Counted from the stretch's first letter, positions 1-9,275 are shown. The stretch is 44,517 bases of DNA from a bacterium (GCA_021777495.1 JAJYDL010000002.1:1-44517); one strand, 5' to 3'. The notes: generated from the letters alone by a model not told the origin. Translations and numbers: made by a program.

Positions 1-299
1 CGAGCGCCACGAGTCGCGCGGTGAATGGTACGGGATGGATCCCGATCAATTTCGGCGCGATCAGCTCGGGAGCCCCCTTCGGATCGCTTCCGATTGACCC
101 GCTCGGGACCGGACAGAATGCGAATTGCGTGGGCGGTTCGCCTTGCATGTATACGTATCTTACGAACGGTACGCAGTACAAGATCGCGGCCAAGATGGAA
201 AGTACGAAGTATCAGAACGGCGGTTCGGGCGACGTTGAGACCGGCGACGGTGGCAACAGCACGAGCACGTACGAAGCGGGAACGAACGTCAACCTCTAG
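1..299 (+). CDS. Type IV pilin-like protein, C-terminal part (5' end outside window)
   Basis: The frame of ORF 21..299 stays open to the window edge. The tail ...YKIAAKMESTKYQNGGSGDVETGDGGNSTSTYEAGTNVNL matches a C-terminal pattern I recall from Patescibacteria pilins (..LES..Y....DGG....YE.G..L.L). It lies directly upstream of pilB/pilC and is followed by a hairpin terminator. Confidence 0.5.
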   Translation, partial: SATSRAVNGTGWIPINFGAISSGAPFGSLPIDPLGTGQNANCVGGSPCMYTYLTNGTQYKIAAKMESTKYQNGGSGDVETGDGGNSTSTYEAGTNVNL

Positions 300-322
300 C
301 GCGTACGAGGAGCGTTTCCCAT

Positions 323-346
323 AAAACCCCGGGTACCCGGGGTTTT
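323..346 (+). terminator. Rho-independent terminator after the pilin gene
   Basis: AAAACCCCGGGTACCCGGGGTTTT is a perfect GC stem with a flanking T-run. Confidence 0.7.
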
Positions 347-367
347 ATGTTTGTCCCGCATTTCCTA

Positions 368-373
368 TATAAT
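368..373 (+). promoter_or_regulatory. -10 box TATAAT, 7 nt upstream of ATG 381
   Basis: The sequence reads cctaTATAATgagagatATG. This geometry fits a leaderless pilB transcript. Confidence 0.4.
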
Positions 374-380
374 GAGAGAT

Positions 381-2099
381 ATGCAGTTACCGATCCCCAT
401 CGACCAGCTGAAACAGCTCCTCGTCGCCGACGGCGTCGTCGCGCCCGAGCGATTCGACGCGATCGCCGTCGAGGCCGACCGCAAGAACCAGAGCATTCTC
501 GATGTGCTCGTGGCCGACCGCGTGGTGGCGTCGGATTATCTCGGCAATCTCATTGCGGGAGCGCTCGGCGTGGCCCGCGCGAACATCGCCATGGAATCGC
601 TCGACCGCGAAGCGGTGAACGCCCTTCCGGAGGACATCGCCCGTTCCCGGCAGGTGATCCTTTTCGCCCGCGAGACGGACGGCACGTACGATGCCGCCAT
701 GACGGATCCCTCCGATCTTGCGACGCGCGAATTCCTCGAGGAGCGCCTCAAGGCGAAGATCCGGCCGTTCCTTGCGACGCGCGAGGATCTCAACCGGGGA
801 TTTTCCGTATACGGGTACGAACTCGGGCAGGATTTCAAGAAGCTCATCGACGACAACATCCGCGCCTCGCTCGTTGCGGGGGCCAAAGATGCGAAGGAGG
901 CCGCCGCCGACCTTCCCATCATCGCCATCGTGGACAACGTCCTTTCCTATGCGCTCGCCTCGCGCGCGTCGGACATCCATATCGAAATCCTTGAGGACGC
1001 CACGTATATCCGTTACCGCATCGACGGCATCCTTTACGAGATCATGAGCATTCCGAAGGACATCCATCCCGCGATCGTGGCGCGCATCAAGCTTCTTGCG
1101 GGGCTCAAGCTCGACGAGCACTTCACGCCCCAGGACGGGCGCTTCCGCTATGAAGTGGGTTCTCAGTCGATCGACGTCCGCGTGTCGGTGATGCCCACGT
1201 TCTATGGGGAAAAAGCGGAAATGCGCCTTCTCGAATCCTCCGAGAAGCCGCTTTCCCTCGAGGAACTCGGCCTTTCGCAGGAGGACACGAAGGTCGTCGC
1301 CGAGAACCTCAAAAAGGCCTACGGCATGATCATCTCCTGCGGCCCCACCGGGTCGGGAAAGACGACGACGCTCTATACGCTCATGAACATGCTGAACCAT
1401 CCGCAGGTGAACATCACGACGATCGAGGACCCGATCGAATACAACATGCGCTACGTGAACCAGACCCAGATCAATCCGCAGGCGGGGATCACGTTCGCAT
1501 CCGGACTCCGCGCACTCCTCCGGCAGGACCCGAACATCATCATGGTCGGCGAGATCCGCGATGCCGAGACCGCCGATATTTCCGTGCAGGCATCCCTCAC
1601 GGGGCACCTCCTGCTCTCCTCGCTCCATACGAACGATGCGCCCACCGCGGTGCCGCGCTTTTTCGATCTCGGCGTACCGCCGTTCCTCGTGAGTTCGGTG
1701 CTCAACATGATCATCGCCCAGCGCCTTGTGCGGAGGATCTGCCCGACCTGCATCTATTCCTATGAGCCGGATACGGGTTCCCTTGCCGCCATCGAGCAGC
1801 AGCTGAAGCGCGTGAGCGTGGGCGGTGTGCCGAAGGTGAAAGTGCCCACCGTGCTTTACCGCGGCAAAGGGTGCGCGGCGTGCGGCGGCACCGGGTACCG
1901 GGGCCGCATCGGCATCTACGAGATCATGGAGGTGGACGAGAAGATGAAGGAGATCATTACGAAGCCCGAATTCAGCCTCGAGGCGCTCCGCGAACAGGCG
2001 AGCGCGAACGGGATGGCCACGATGTTCGAGGACGGCATCCGCAAGGTGCAGCTTGCGCAGACGACGCTTGAAGAGGTGCTCCGCGTCATCCGGGAGTAG
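381..2099 (+). CDS. pilB: Type IV pilus assembly ATPase PilB (GspE family)
   Basis: Walker A GPTGSGKTT, the GspE signatures ...IMVGEIRD.ET... and LTGHLLLSSLHTND, and a C-terminal CxxC...CxxC cluster (CPTC..CAACGGTGY) are present. The ORF track opens at TTG 351. ATG 372 and ATG 381 are alternative starts, and I favour 381 because TATAAT overlaps 372. Confidence 0.9.
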   Translation: MQLPIPIDQLKQLLVADGVVAPERFDAIAVEADRKNQSILDVLVADRVVASDYLGNLIAGALGVARANIAMESLDREAVNALPEDIARSRQVILFARETDGTYDAAMTDPSDLATREFLEERLKAKIRPFLATREDLNRGFSVYGYELGQDFKKLIDDNIRASLVAGAKDAKEAAADLPIIAIVDNVLSYALASRASDIHIEILEDATYIRYRIDGILYEIMSIPKDIHPAIVARIKLLAGLKLDEHFTPQDGRFRYEVGSQSIDVRVSVMPTFYGEKAEMRLLESSEKPLSLEELGLSQEDTKVVAENLKKAYGMIISCGPTGSGKTTTLYTLMNMLNHPQVNITTIEDPIEYNMRYVNQTQINPQAGITFASGLRALLRQDPNIIMVGEIRDAETADISVQASLTGHLLLSSLHTNDAPTAVPRFFDLGVPPFLVSSVLNMIIAQRLVRRICPTCIYSYEPDTGSLAAIEQQLKRVSVGGVPKVKVPTVLYRGKGCAACGGTGYRGRIGIYEIMEVDEKMKEIITKPEFSLEALREQASANGMATMFEDGIRKVQLAQTTLEEVLRVIRE

Positions 2100-2126
2100 G
2101 GGCGGTCGGTGTGGTATCATTGAAGT

Positions 2127-3329
2127 ATGCTGTTCCATTACGTGGCGGCCGACGCGACGGGCCAGATGACCGAAGGCGACCTTGAGGGCAACGACCTCCA
2201 GGACGCGCTCCATTGGCTTGCGGGAAAAGGGTTGCGTCCCGTATCCGTGAAGCCCGTAGAAGAGAAGAAGAATTTCCTGTTCGGCACGGGAAAAATCAAT
2301 ACTTCCGACAAGGTTTTCCTCACGAAATATCTTGCGCTCATGCTCCGCGTGGGCACGGACCTCATGTCCGCCATCAACATCCTTATCGACGATTTCGACA
2401 AACCGGCGGTGCGCGTATTCCTTCTCGAGGTCCGCGAAAATCTCAGCAAAGGAAGGCCTTTCTACGAGACCTTCGCCGCCTATCCGAAGACGTTCTCGCC
2501 CACATTCATAAGCCTCGTGCGCGCGGCGGAGAAGTCCGGCAATCTTCAGAAGACATTCGAGGACCTTTCCGTGTCGCTTGAAAAGGATGCGGAGCTGCAG
2601 AGCCATGTGCGTTCCGCGCTCATTTATCCGGCGGTGCTCGTGCTCATCGCGTCCGCCATTCTCACGTTCCTTGTGACGTACGCCCTGCCGAAGGTGGCGG
2701 GCGTGTTCTCGTCGAGCGGCATCGAACCTCCCACGTTCTCGCGCATCGTGTTCGGGGTGGGACTGTTCATCGGCGCCAACCTTTACATCATCGCGCCCAC
2801 GGTCATCATCGTCCTTGCGGCTCTCGTATGGTTCGTGTGGAAAACCGTGACGGGCCGCCGGATCTTCGACGACCTTATGATGCGTACGCCGTTCATCAGA
2901 TCGATCTATGAGGAGCTTGCGATGCAGCGCATGGCGTCCACCATGAGTTCGCTTCTGTCCGCGGGCCTTCCCATCAACCAGACGATCGTGATCGCCGCGG
3001 ACACGGTCGGCGTGCGGAGCTACCGGGATGCGCTCATGCGCATCACGTCCGAGGGGCTCGAGAAGGGCCTTACGATCGGGGAGGCATTCAAGCGCGAGAC
3101 GGTGTTTCCGAAGGTCGTCACGAACCTTGTCGCCATTTCCGAGCGCGCGGGGCACCTCGAAGAGGTGCTCGATACGCTTGCGCAGTTCTATGCCGCGAAC
3201 GTGGATTCGAACATTACCGCGCTCGTCTCCCTTCTCGAGCCCGTCATGCTCCTTGCCATGGGCATCATGGTGGCTGTTATCGCGCTTTCCATCATCGTCC
3301 CGATCTACCAGCTCACCACCTCCTTCTAG
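2127..3329 (+). CDS. pilC: Type IV pilus platform protein PilC (GspF family)
   Basis: A 400-aa polytopic membrane protein with the duplicated GspF domain architecture. It follows pilB by 27 nt. Confidence 0.88.
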   Translation: MLFHYVAADATGQMTEGDLEGNDLQDALHWLAGKGLRPVSVKPVEEKKNFLFGTGKINTSDKVFLTKYLALMLRVGTDLMSAINILIDDFDKPAVRVFLLEVRENLSKGRPFYETFAAYPKTFSPTFISLVRAAEKSGNLQKTFEDLSVSLEKDAELQSHVRSALIYPAVLVLIASAILTFLVTYALPKVAGVFSSSGIEPPTFSRIVFGVGLFIGANLYIIAPTVIIVLAALVWFVWKTVTGRRIFDDLMMRTPFIRSIYEELAMQRMASTMSSLLSAGLPINQTIVIAADTVGVRSYRDALMRITSEGLEKGLTIGEAFKRETVFPKVVTNLVAISERAGHLEEVLDTLAQFYAANVDSNITALVSLLEPVMLLAMGIMVAVIALSIIVPIYQLTTSF

Positions 3330-3345
3330 TCGTATTCATCGCACC

Positions 3346-3900
3346 ATGAAGCACCGAGGGTTCACGCTCATTGAAATGCTCATCGTCATCGCCATCGTCA
3401 TGGTGATCGGCGTCGCGCTCCTTCTGAGCGCCCCCGGAGAGAAGGCTTCGCTCCAGGTGACGTCCGTGACGCAGGAGATCGCGACCACCCTCCGGGAGGC
3501 ACAGAGCCGCACGATGTCGGGAGACGAGAACGGCCAGACCGTGAGCGGGTTCTGGGGCGTCGAAATGGCGAACACCACGGCCACCACGCCTTACTTCGGG
3601 CTTTTCTTCGCCACCTCGACCGCGGGCATCACGTCATCCATCGCGCTTGTGGGCGGGCATTATGCGCTGCCGTCCTCCGTCGCGTACACCACCTCGACCC
3701 TACCCGTCGGAGGATCGCTTTTCGTGTACTACTCCGCGGGCGGCGTCGCTCCGGGCCAGCCGATCGGCGCATACGGCATTTGCGGGGGGTTTACCTGCCC
3801 CGCGACGACGACCATCAGCGTGGGTCTTTACGAATCGCGTACGACCCCCCTCGTTTCCACGACCATCAGCATCGCCCCTACGGGAGAGGTGGGATACTGA
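3346..3900 (+). CDS. Prepilin-type N-terminal cleavage/methylation domain protein (pilin or pseudopilin)
   Basis: The internal ATG of ORF 3028..3900 gives MKHRGFTLIEMLIVIAIVMVIG. This is the classic G|FTLIE class III signal with Glu5 and a hydrophobic helix. Confidence 0.85.
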   Translation: MKHRGFTLIEMLIVIAIVMVIGVALLLSAPGEKASLQVTSVTQEIATTLREAQSRTMSGDENGQTVSGFWGVEMANTTATTPYFGLFFATSTAGITSSIALVGGHYALPSSVAYTTSTLPVGGSLFVYYSAGGVAPGQPIGAYGICGGFTCPATTTISVGLYESRTTPLVSTTISIAPTGEVGY

Positions 3901-3906
3901 AACATC

Positions 3907-4344
3907 ATGACCATACAATCCCAAAGCCATATTCATACGGACGATCCCCGGCGTAACGGACAGATGTTCGTCGGCATGGTGCTTCTCATCGGTTCCGTGA
4001 TAGGGCTCGTCGCTCTGCTTCTGCTCTTTCTTTCGGGATCGCTCATCGGATCGAGTTATGGGATAAAGTACAATGCCGAAGCGCAGGCGGCGGCAACCGG
4101 GGGCGTCGAGGATGCCCTCCTGCGCCTCACGCGGGGATCGATCGCCTCGTTTCCCGCATCGTACTCGCTTCCCGTGAACAACGTGACGGCGCAGGTGAAG
4201 GTGGCGAACAATACCCCTTCCGCGGGGTTCTATACGGTCACTTCGACCGCGACGGCATCGTTCCATACGAAAGCGATCCGAGTGATCGCCTCTACCGCAC
4301 CCAACGGACAGATCAGCATCGTGTCCTGGACCCAGGTGCAATGA
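3907..4344 (+). CDS. PilX-N-like minor pilus component / hypothetical membrane-anchored protein
   Basis: A 145-aa protein with a single N-terminal TM (MFVGMVLLIGSVIGLVALLLLF) followed by ...EAQAAATGGVEDALLRL. Its position between the pilin and pilM supports the call, but assignment by sequence alone is weak. Confidence 0.55.
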   Translation: MTIQSQSHIHTDDPRRNGQMFVGMVLLIGSVIGLVALLLLFLSGSLIGSSYGIKYNAEAQAAATGGVEDALLRLTRGSIASFPASYSLPVNNVTAQVKVANNTPSAGFYTVTSTATASFHTKAIRVIASTAPNGQISIVSWTQVQ

Positions 4345-4371
4345 CGCCATGCGGCGCCGCGGCCGGCGATT

Positions 4372-4380
4372 TGGTAAAAT
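4372..4380 (+). promoter_or_regulatory. Extended -10 TGGTAAAAT, 6 nt upstream of the pilM ATG
   Basis: The sequence reads tTGgTAAAATaagcatATG. Confidence 0.4.
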
Positions 4381-4386
4381 AAGCAT

Positions 4387-5907
4387 ATGGATTCCAAAAG
4401 GATTCGCCAACGATTCGATAAGCTGCTTTCTTTGCTCCATGTGACGAGCGATGTGGGCGGTCTTGAGATCACCGATCAGGTGCTCCGGCTCGCGTATCTC
4501 GACAAAGAAACGTGGCGTTTCGTGGCCACCGTGCTCGGTCCCGGCGTCATGCAGCGCGGCGCGGTGAAGGATCCCGTCACGCTCGCCCGGGCGCTCCAGG
4601 AGCTCCGTTCCCAGGTTCCGTTCCTTCACGGGCATCCGGGCCGGAAAATGACCGTTGTCGTGTCGCTCGGTTCCGCGAACGTCTACACCCAGTCGTTCAC
4701 GCTCCCACTCCTCCAGGGAGAGGAGCTCAAGAAAGCGATCGATCTCAATGTGCAGATGTCCTCGCCGGACGATCTTGCAAAGTCCTACTTCGGTTCGCGC
4801 GTGCTTGCGAGCGATGCGGGCGCGATGCGGATCCAGATCGCTTCGGCCTTCATCGAACGGAGCGTGGTGGACGACCTCATCCCCATCCTTTTCGAGGCGG
4901 GATTCGTGGCCATCGACGTCGAGTCGCGTGCCATTTCCCTCGCTCGCACCATCAGGGAGCGGACCGCATCCCTTGATTCCTCGCGGTCGTATCTTCTCCT
5001 CGATATCGACGATACGGGCATCGATTTCCTCGTGCTGAGGAACGGCGAGCTCTACTTTGAATATCAGACCCCCTGGACCGATCTCGGCGATGCCAAGGGG
5101 CAGGTCACCATGGAGCGCTTCAACGAGGCTGTTACGGCGAACTTCCGGCAGGTCTTCAATTTCTACCATCAGCGGTGGCAGGAGGAGCTCGGGGGCGTCC
5201 TTGTGGTCGCGGTTGCATTCGGAAAAGAGGCGTCCTCGGCGATCGCCGGCGTCACCACCCTCCCCGTCCTTTCGCCGGCGTTCAATGCCGGCGAGGATAT
5301 GCAGGAATGGCTTGCGGCCTACGGTGCCGCGCTCCGCGGCGGCATAGGGAAGGGGGAGATAAGCCTTTCGGGCGACGTTGCGGCCGATGCCTATCATAAA
5401 CAGCAAACGATCGCCTTCCTCGATTTTTGGAGCGTGCTCGTGCCCGTCACGCTCGGCATTCTCGTGGCCACCCTCGCGCTCGCGTACAACTTCCTCGGCG
5501 GCATCACGAACGAGGTCGTTGCGAGCGGCGCGCCGGGAGGGCAGGGGAAGCTCATGTCCCAGATCGCGGCGCTCCAGGCATCCTCTACGGCGTTCAACAA
5601 CGATGTGAGCCTCGCGCTCGCCGCGCAGTTCTCCGCGGATAAGAGCCACGATATCTTTGACCGCCTCGATACGATGGCGGCCTCGAGCTCCGTGACCCTG
5701 AGCCGCGTGACCTTCCAGGGAGCCTCGGCCCCCGTCTTCGTATCGGGCATCGCCTCCACGGCGGACGACATCGTCCAGTTCAGGGACTATCTTACCGCCG
5801 ATCCCGCGTTCACGGGGGTGAATCTGCCTCTTTCGGCGATCCAGCCCTCCGGCAGCATGTATTCGTTCTCGCTCACCTTCTCGCTCTCCGGCCACGTCAT
5901 TCCGTAG
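4387..5907 (+). CDS. pilM: PilM (actin-like ATPase fold) fused to a PilN-like membrane/periplasmic domain
   Basis: The N-terminal ~340 aa have PilM/FtsA-like blocks (LEITDQVLRLAY..., LLLDIDDTGIDFLVLRNGELYF). A single TM (FLDFWSVLVPVTLGILVATLALAYNFL) is followed by a ~140-aa tail. Confidence 0.7.
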   Translation: MDSKRIRQRFDKLLSLLHVTSDVGGLEITDQVLRLAYLDKETWRFVATVLGPGVMQRGAVKDPVTLARALQELRSQVPFLHGHPGRKMTVVVSLGSANVYTQSFTLPLLQGEELKKAIDLNVQMSSPDDLAKSYFGSRVLASDAGAMRIQIASAFIERSVVDDLIPILFEAGFVAIDVESRAISLARTIRERTASLDSSRSYLLLDIDDTGIDFLVLRNGELYFEYQTPWTDLGDAKGQVTMERFNEAVTANFRQVFNFYHQRWQEELGGVLVVAVAFGKEASSAIAGVTTLPVLSPAFNAGEDMQEWLAAYGAALRGGIGKGEISLSGDVAADAYHKQQTIAFLDFWSVLVPVTLGILVATLALAYNFLGGITNEVVASGAPGGQGKLMSQIAALQASSTAFNNDVSLALAAQFSADKSHDIFDRLDTMAASSSVTLSRVTFQGASAPVFVSGIASTADDIVQFRDYLTADPAFTGVNLPLSAIQPSGSMYSFSLTFSLSGHVIP

Positions 5908-5925
5908 GGGCCGCGATCGGCGGGA

Positions 5926-6483
5926 TCACGTCGAAGGCCATTTCTCCGGCAGTGCGCGCGCGGCAGCGCCGAACGCCTCTTTCAGTGTTTTCATATTCGC
6001 GGGGGTGATCGTCGAGAGTACGAATTCTCCCGCTTTTTTGCGATGCGCCTCGTGCGCCGCGCGGATCCCGATGCGGATGCGAAGGAACTCCTGCGTGCCG
6101 ATCTGTTCGACGATGGAGCGTATCCCGTTGTGTCCCGCCGCGCCGCCGCCCATCGCGATCTTGAACGATCCGATCGTGAGATCGCTGTCGTCGTGCGCCA
6201 CCGCGAGATTGCCGGGCGCGGCCTTGAACACCTTGAGTGCATCTTTCACGGCCCCGCCGGACTCGTTCATGTATACAAGCGGTTTCACGAACACCCACGT
6301 ACCCGTCTTTGCGTATGCAAAGCTCTTCTTGTAGCGGACGAATGCGAGCGGGTTTTCTTCCGTCCCGAGCCCTGCGGCGATGAAGGGAAGCGAAAGCGCC
6401 CCCGTGTTGTGGTAGGTGTGTTCGTATTCCGGACCCGGGTTGCCGAGACCCACTATGATCCTGACTTGCGCATCGTGTGTCAT
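5926..6483 (-). CDS. pth: Peptidyl-tRNA hydrolase
   Basis: IIVGLGNPGPEYEHTYHNTG and GHNGIRSI are canonical Pth motifs. Confidence 0.92.
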   Translation of the reverse strand: MTHDAQVRIIVGLGNPGPEYEHTYHNTGALSLPFIAAGLGTEENPLAFVRYKKSFAYAKTGTWVFVKPLVYMNESGGAVKDALKVFKAAPGNLAVAHDDSDLTIGSFKIAMGGGAAGHNGIRSIVEQIGTQEFLRIRIGIRAAHEAHRKKAGEFVLSTITPANMKTLKEAFGAAARALPEKWPST

Positions 6484-6507
6484 GTTCTTTATAATGGTAC
6501 TACTTAT
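6484..6507. promoter_or_regulatory. 24-bp divergent pth/lepB spacer with -10-like elements on both strands
   Basis: TATAAT sits at 6490..6495 on the plus strand. CATTAT/TATAAA sits on the minus strand 4-7 nt from the pth ATG. Confidence 0.4.
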
Positions 6508-7080
6508 ATGAGGAAATTTTTAGCGTCGCTCCTTGAGGTGGTGGAAATCGCCGTGATCGCCGTCGCCGCGGTCTTCATTATCCGCGCATTCCTCGTCCAG
6601 CCGTTCCTCGTGAGCGGTACGAGCATGTATCCCACGCTCTCGGACGGCAACTATCTCCTCATCGACGAACTTACCTACCGCATCCGTCCTCCGGAGCGCG
6701 GCGAGATCATCGTGTTCCACGACCCTCAGGATTATTCCACATATTTCGTGAAGCGCATCATCGGTCTTCCCGGGGATCGCGTGATCATCAATAACGGCTC
6801 GGTCACCATCGACGATGCCCAGCATCCGAACGGTCTGCTTCTCAAGGAGCCCTATCTCTCCGCCGGTACGGTGACCTCGGGCCACTACGACGTCATGGTG
6901 CCCCAGGGCGAGTACTACGTGCTCGGCGACAATCGTCCCCTGAGCTATGATTCGCGGAGCTGGGGCTTCATGCCGGCATCGGACATCGTGGGCCTTGTCC
7001 GTTTCCGCCTGTGGCCGCTCAATCAGCTTTCGGTGTTCTCCGCTCCCGCGTATCCCGCTTCCGCCGCAGGCGGTTCGTAA
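6508..7080 (+). CDS. lepB: Signal peptidase I
   Basis: The internal ATG of ORF 6043..7080 gives an N-terminal TM, then VSGTSMYPTL (catalytic Ser), ...VKRIIGLPGD (Lys box) and GDNR..S.DSR. Confidence 0.9.
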   Translation: MRKFLASLLEVVEIAVIAVAAVFIIRAFLVQPFLVSGTSMYPTLSDGNYLLIDELTYRIRPPERGEIIVFHDPQDYSTYFVKRIIGLPGDRVIINNGSVTIDDAQHPNGLLLKEPYLSAGTVTSGHYDVMVPQGEYYVLGDNRPLSYDSRSWGFMPASDIVGLVRFRLWPLNQLSVFSAPAYPASAAGGS

Positions 7081-7115
7081 AGGTCTCGTCCGCACCACAT
7101 CCACCAACAAGCGCC

Positions 7116-8444
7116 ATGTCTTCCGTCGAAAACAAGAAAGAGAAAGAGCAGGCCCCGGCGCGTTCGTTCCAGGCCGTCAAAGGCATGCACGACGTGCTTC
7201 CTTCGGACGAGCCCTATTGGGAGAGGATCGAAGGGGTGACGCGCGGTCTCGCCAAGCGCTACGGGTTTTCCCGCATCGAGCCTCCCGTGCTCGAATTTGC
7301 GGAGCTCTATAATAAGACCTCCGGGGAGACGACCGACGTCGTCCAGAAAGAGATGTATACGCTGAAGACGAAAGGAGGCGATTCCCTCGCGCTCCGGCCC
7401 GAGTATACGCCCGGCATCGCCCGCGCCTATCTCGAGCACGGCATGTCCCGCATGCCCCAGCCCCAGCGGCTCATCGCGATGGGGCATATCTTCCGCCATG
7501 AGCGTCCGCAGCTCGGACGCGCGCGGCAGTTCACCCAGATCGATCTCGAGACCCTCGGAAGCGTGAGCGATCCCATGTACGATGCGGAGACCATCTCGTT
7601 CTTCAGCGACCTTCTCGCGGAGCTCAAGATCAAGTCGCCGATCCTCAAGCTGAACTCCATCGGGTGCCGCGTGTGCCGCCCGATCTACCGCAAACAGCTC
7701 ATTGCCTACTACAAGTCCCACGAGAGCGAGATCTGCGAGGATTGCCGCGCGCGCGTGGATACGAACCCCCTGCGCCTTCTCGACTGCAAGGAGCCCGGAT
7801 GCGAGAAGCTCAAAGCGGACGCGCCGAGCATCCTCGACAAGTTGTGCGTGAACTGCAGCAACCATTTCAAGGAAGCGCTTGAGTATCTCGACGAGGTGAA
7901 GATCCCCTATGAGCTCGATCCGCGGCTCGTGCGGGGGCTCGATTATTACAGCAGGACCGTGTTCGAGTTCTATGCCTCCGGCCCCGAGGAGGAGATCGGC
8001 GCCCTTGCGGCCGGCGGGCGCTACGATTATCTCATGGAAACGATCGGCGGGCACATCACTCCGGCGATAGGAGGCGCGTCGGGCGTCGAGCGCCTGATCG
8101 CCATCATGCGCGCCAAGGAGATCTCGCCGAACGGCGCCGCGGCCGCCGCCGCAAAGCGCGTGTTTTTCGCCCATGCGGGCGACCTTTCGAAGAAGCGTTC
8201 CTTTGCGCTTGTGAAGATGCTCCGGGAAAAAGGGATCATGGTCTCCGAATCGCTCACGAAGGATTCCCTCGGCAATCAGCTCAAAGTGGCCGATAAGGAG
8301 GGCCTCGGGCTTGCGCTCATCCTCGGGCAGAAGGAAATGTACGAAAATACCCTCATTCTCCGGGACCTCACGAACGGCACCCAGGAGGCGGTGGCCGTGG
8401 ATAAGATCGTGGACGAGCTCAAGCGGCGCTTGTCCGCAAAATAG
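7116..8444 (+). CDS. hisS: Histidine--tRNA ligase
   Basis: Supporting motifs are AVKGMHDVLP, LRPE.T, FRHERPQ.GR.RQF.Q, the Cys-rich insertion (CEDCRARVDTNPLRLLDCK) and the GGRYD motif 3. The start was taken at the MSSVENKK methionine. Confidence 0.92.
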   Translation: MSSVENKKEKEQAPARSFQAVKGMHDVLPSDEPYWERIEGVTRGLAKRYGFSRIEPPVLEFAELYNKTSGETTDVVQKEMYTLKTKGGDSLALRPEYTPGIARAYLEHGMSRMPQPQRLIAMGHIFRHERPQLGRARQFTQIDLETLGSVSDPMYDAETISFFSDLLAELKIKSPILKLNSIGCRVCRPIYRKQLIAYYKSHESEICEDCRARVDTNPLRLLDCKEPGCEKLKADAPSILDKLCVNCSNHFKEALEYLDEVKIPYELDPRLVRGLDYYSRTVFEFYASGPEEEIGALAAGGRYDYLMETIGGHITPAIGGASGVERLIAIMRAKEISPNGAAAAAAKRVFFAHAGDLSKKRSFALVKMLREKGIMVSESLTKDSLGNQLKVADKEGLGLALILGQKEMYENTLILRDLTNGTQEAVAVDKIVDELKRRLSAK

Positions 8445-8537
8445 CAGGACGGTTCCGGTTTTGAGGGAGCCGGGTTTCGGACCTCTCGGCCGGCCGCCAT
8501 GTCCGCGGCGGCTCTTGCCAAATACAGCCGGCTCCTA

Positions 8538-8543
8538 TATACT
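8538..8543 (+). promoter_or_regulatory. -10 box TATACT, 7 nt upstream of the rpsU ATG
   Basis: The sequence reads ctccTATATACTcttcctcATG. Confidence 0.35.
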
Positions 8544-8550
8544 CTTCCTC

Positions 8551-8766
8551 ATGGCAATAGAAGTACGCAAAAAGGACGGTGAATCGCCGAACGCAATACT
8601 CTACAACTTCACCCGCCGGGTGAAGCGCAGCGGCATTCTGAAAGAAGTCCGCAGCCGGAAGTATCATGACCGTCCTATGAGCAGGATCAAGCGCCGTGCG
8701 TCGGCTATCCACCGCGAAGAGAAGAAGGCGGATATCGAGCGCCAGAAGAAGCTCGGGCTCCTCTAG
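8551..8766 (+). CDS. rpsU: 30S ribosomal protein S21
   Basis: A 71-aa basic protein, MAIEVRKKDGESPNAILYNFTRRVKRSGILKEVRSRKYHDRPMSRIKRR. Confidence 0.88.
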   Translation: MAIEVRKKDGESPNAILYNFTRRVKRSGILKEVRSRKYHDRPMSRIKRRASAIHREEKKADIERQKKLGLL

Positions 8767-8804
8767 CGGCAGCGGGTTCGGCGGTCGTTTTACCACAAGA
8801 ACCT

Positions 8805-9254
8805 ATGTCCCTCATCCAGAAAATCACCGATGATATGAAGGCCGCCATGAAGAGCGGCGATCATGCGCGCCTTGAGACGGTGCGTTTCGTGCTTTCGGGG
8901 CTCAAGGCCGCGGAAAAGGAAAAACAGGCAAAGGACCCGTCCGCCGTCCTTACGGACGAGGAAGCGATCACGGTGCTCCGGAAGGAGGCAAAGCGGCGCA
9001 AGGAGTCCATCGCGCTTTTCACGCAGGGAGGCCGTGCGGACCTCGCGGCGAAGGAACAGGCGGACCTTGCGGTGATCATGGAGTATCTTCCGAAGGAGCT
9101 TTCGCGCGAAGAGATCGCGGCCATCGTGGCAAAGGCGCATGCCGCGGGTGCGAACGATTTCTCCTCGCTCATGCGTGAGACGATGAAGGAAGTGAAGGGC
9201 CGCGCGGACGGTACGGCCGTCGGGGAGGTCATCAAGGAAGCATTGGGCGCGTAA
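8805..9254 (+). CDS. GatB/YqeY domain-containing protein
   Basis: The opening MSLIQKITDDMKAAMKSGD..RL.T.R..L...K..E and the 149-aa length fit the family. rpsU-yqeY synteny is common. Confidence 0.85.
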   Translation: MSLIQKITDDMKAAMKSGDHARLETVRFVLSGLKAAEKEKQAKDPSAVLTDEEAITVLRKEAKRRKESIALFTQGGRADLAAKEQADLAVIMEYLPKELSREEIAAIVAKAHAAGANDFSSLMRETMKEVKGRADGTAVGEVIKEALGA

Positions 9255-9275
9255 GCCATTCGCACGCGCACGACC

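Noticed and set aside
387-3155. A 922-aa ORF on the minus strand spanning pilB, the pilB-pilC spacer and pilC.
   Set aside because: It is fully antisense to two well-supported genes. Its composition is Arg/His/Asp/Gly/Glu-rich, as expected for the reverse complement of GC3-rich coding sequence. I recognise no family. The same applies to 3700..5895 (-), which is antisense to the pilin and pilM genes.
6043-6507. N-terminal extensions offered by the ORF track: lepB from 6043, pilin from 3028, hisS from 7011, mutY-like from 14480, pyrD from 33031, the 34268 gene from 33605, ppsA up to 38908, tmk from 41906 and RlpA-like from 40719.
   Set aside because: The extensions overlap neighbouring genes or intergenic promoters and have non-protein-like composition. 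Internal starts give canonical family N-termini such as MKHRGFTLIEML, MYEYLLRPILF, MDNTRFTVRYEEVG and MRPGFFILEGP.
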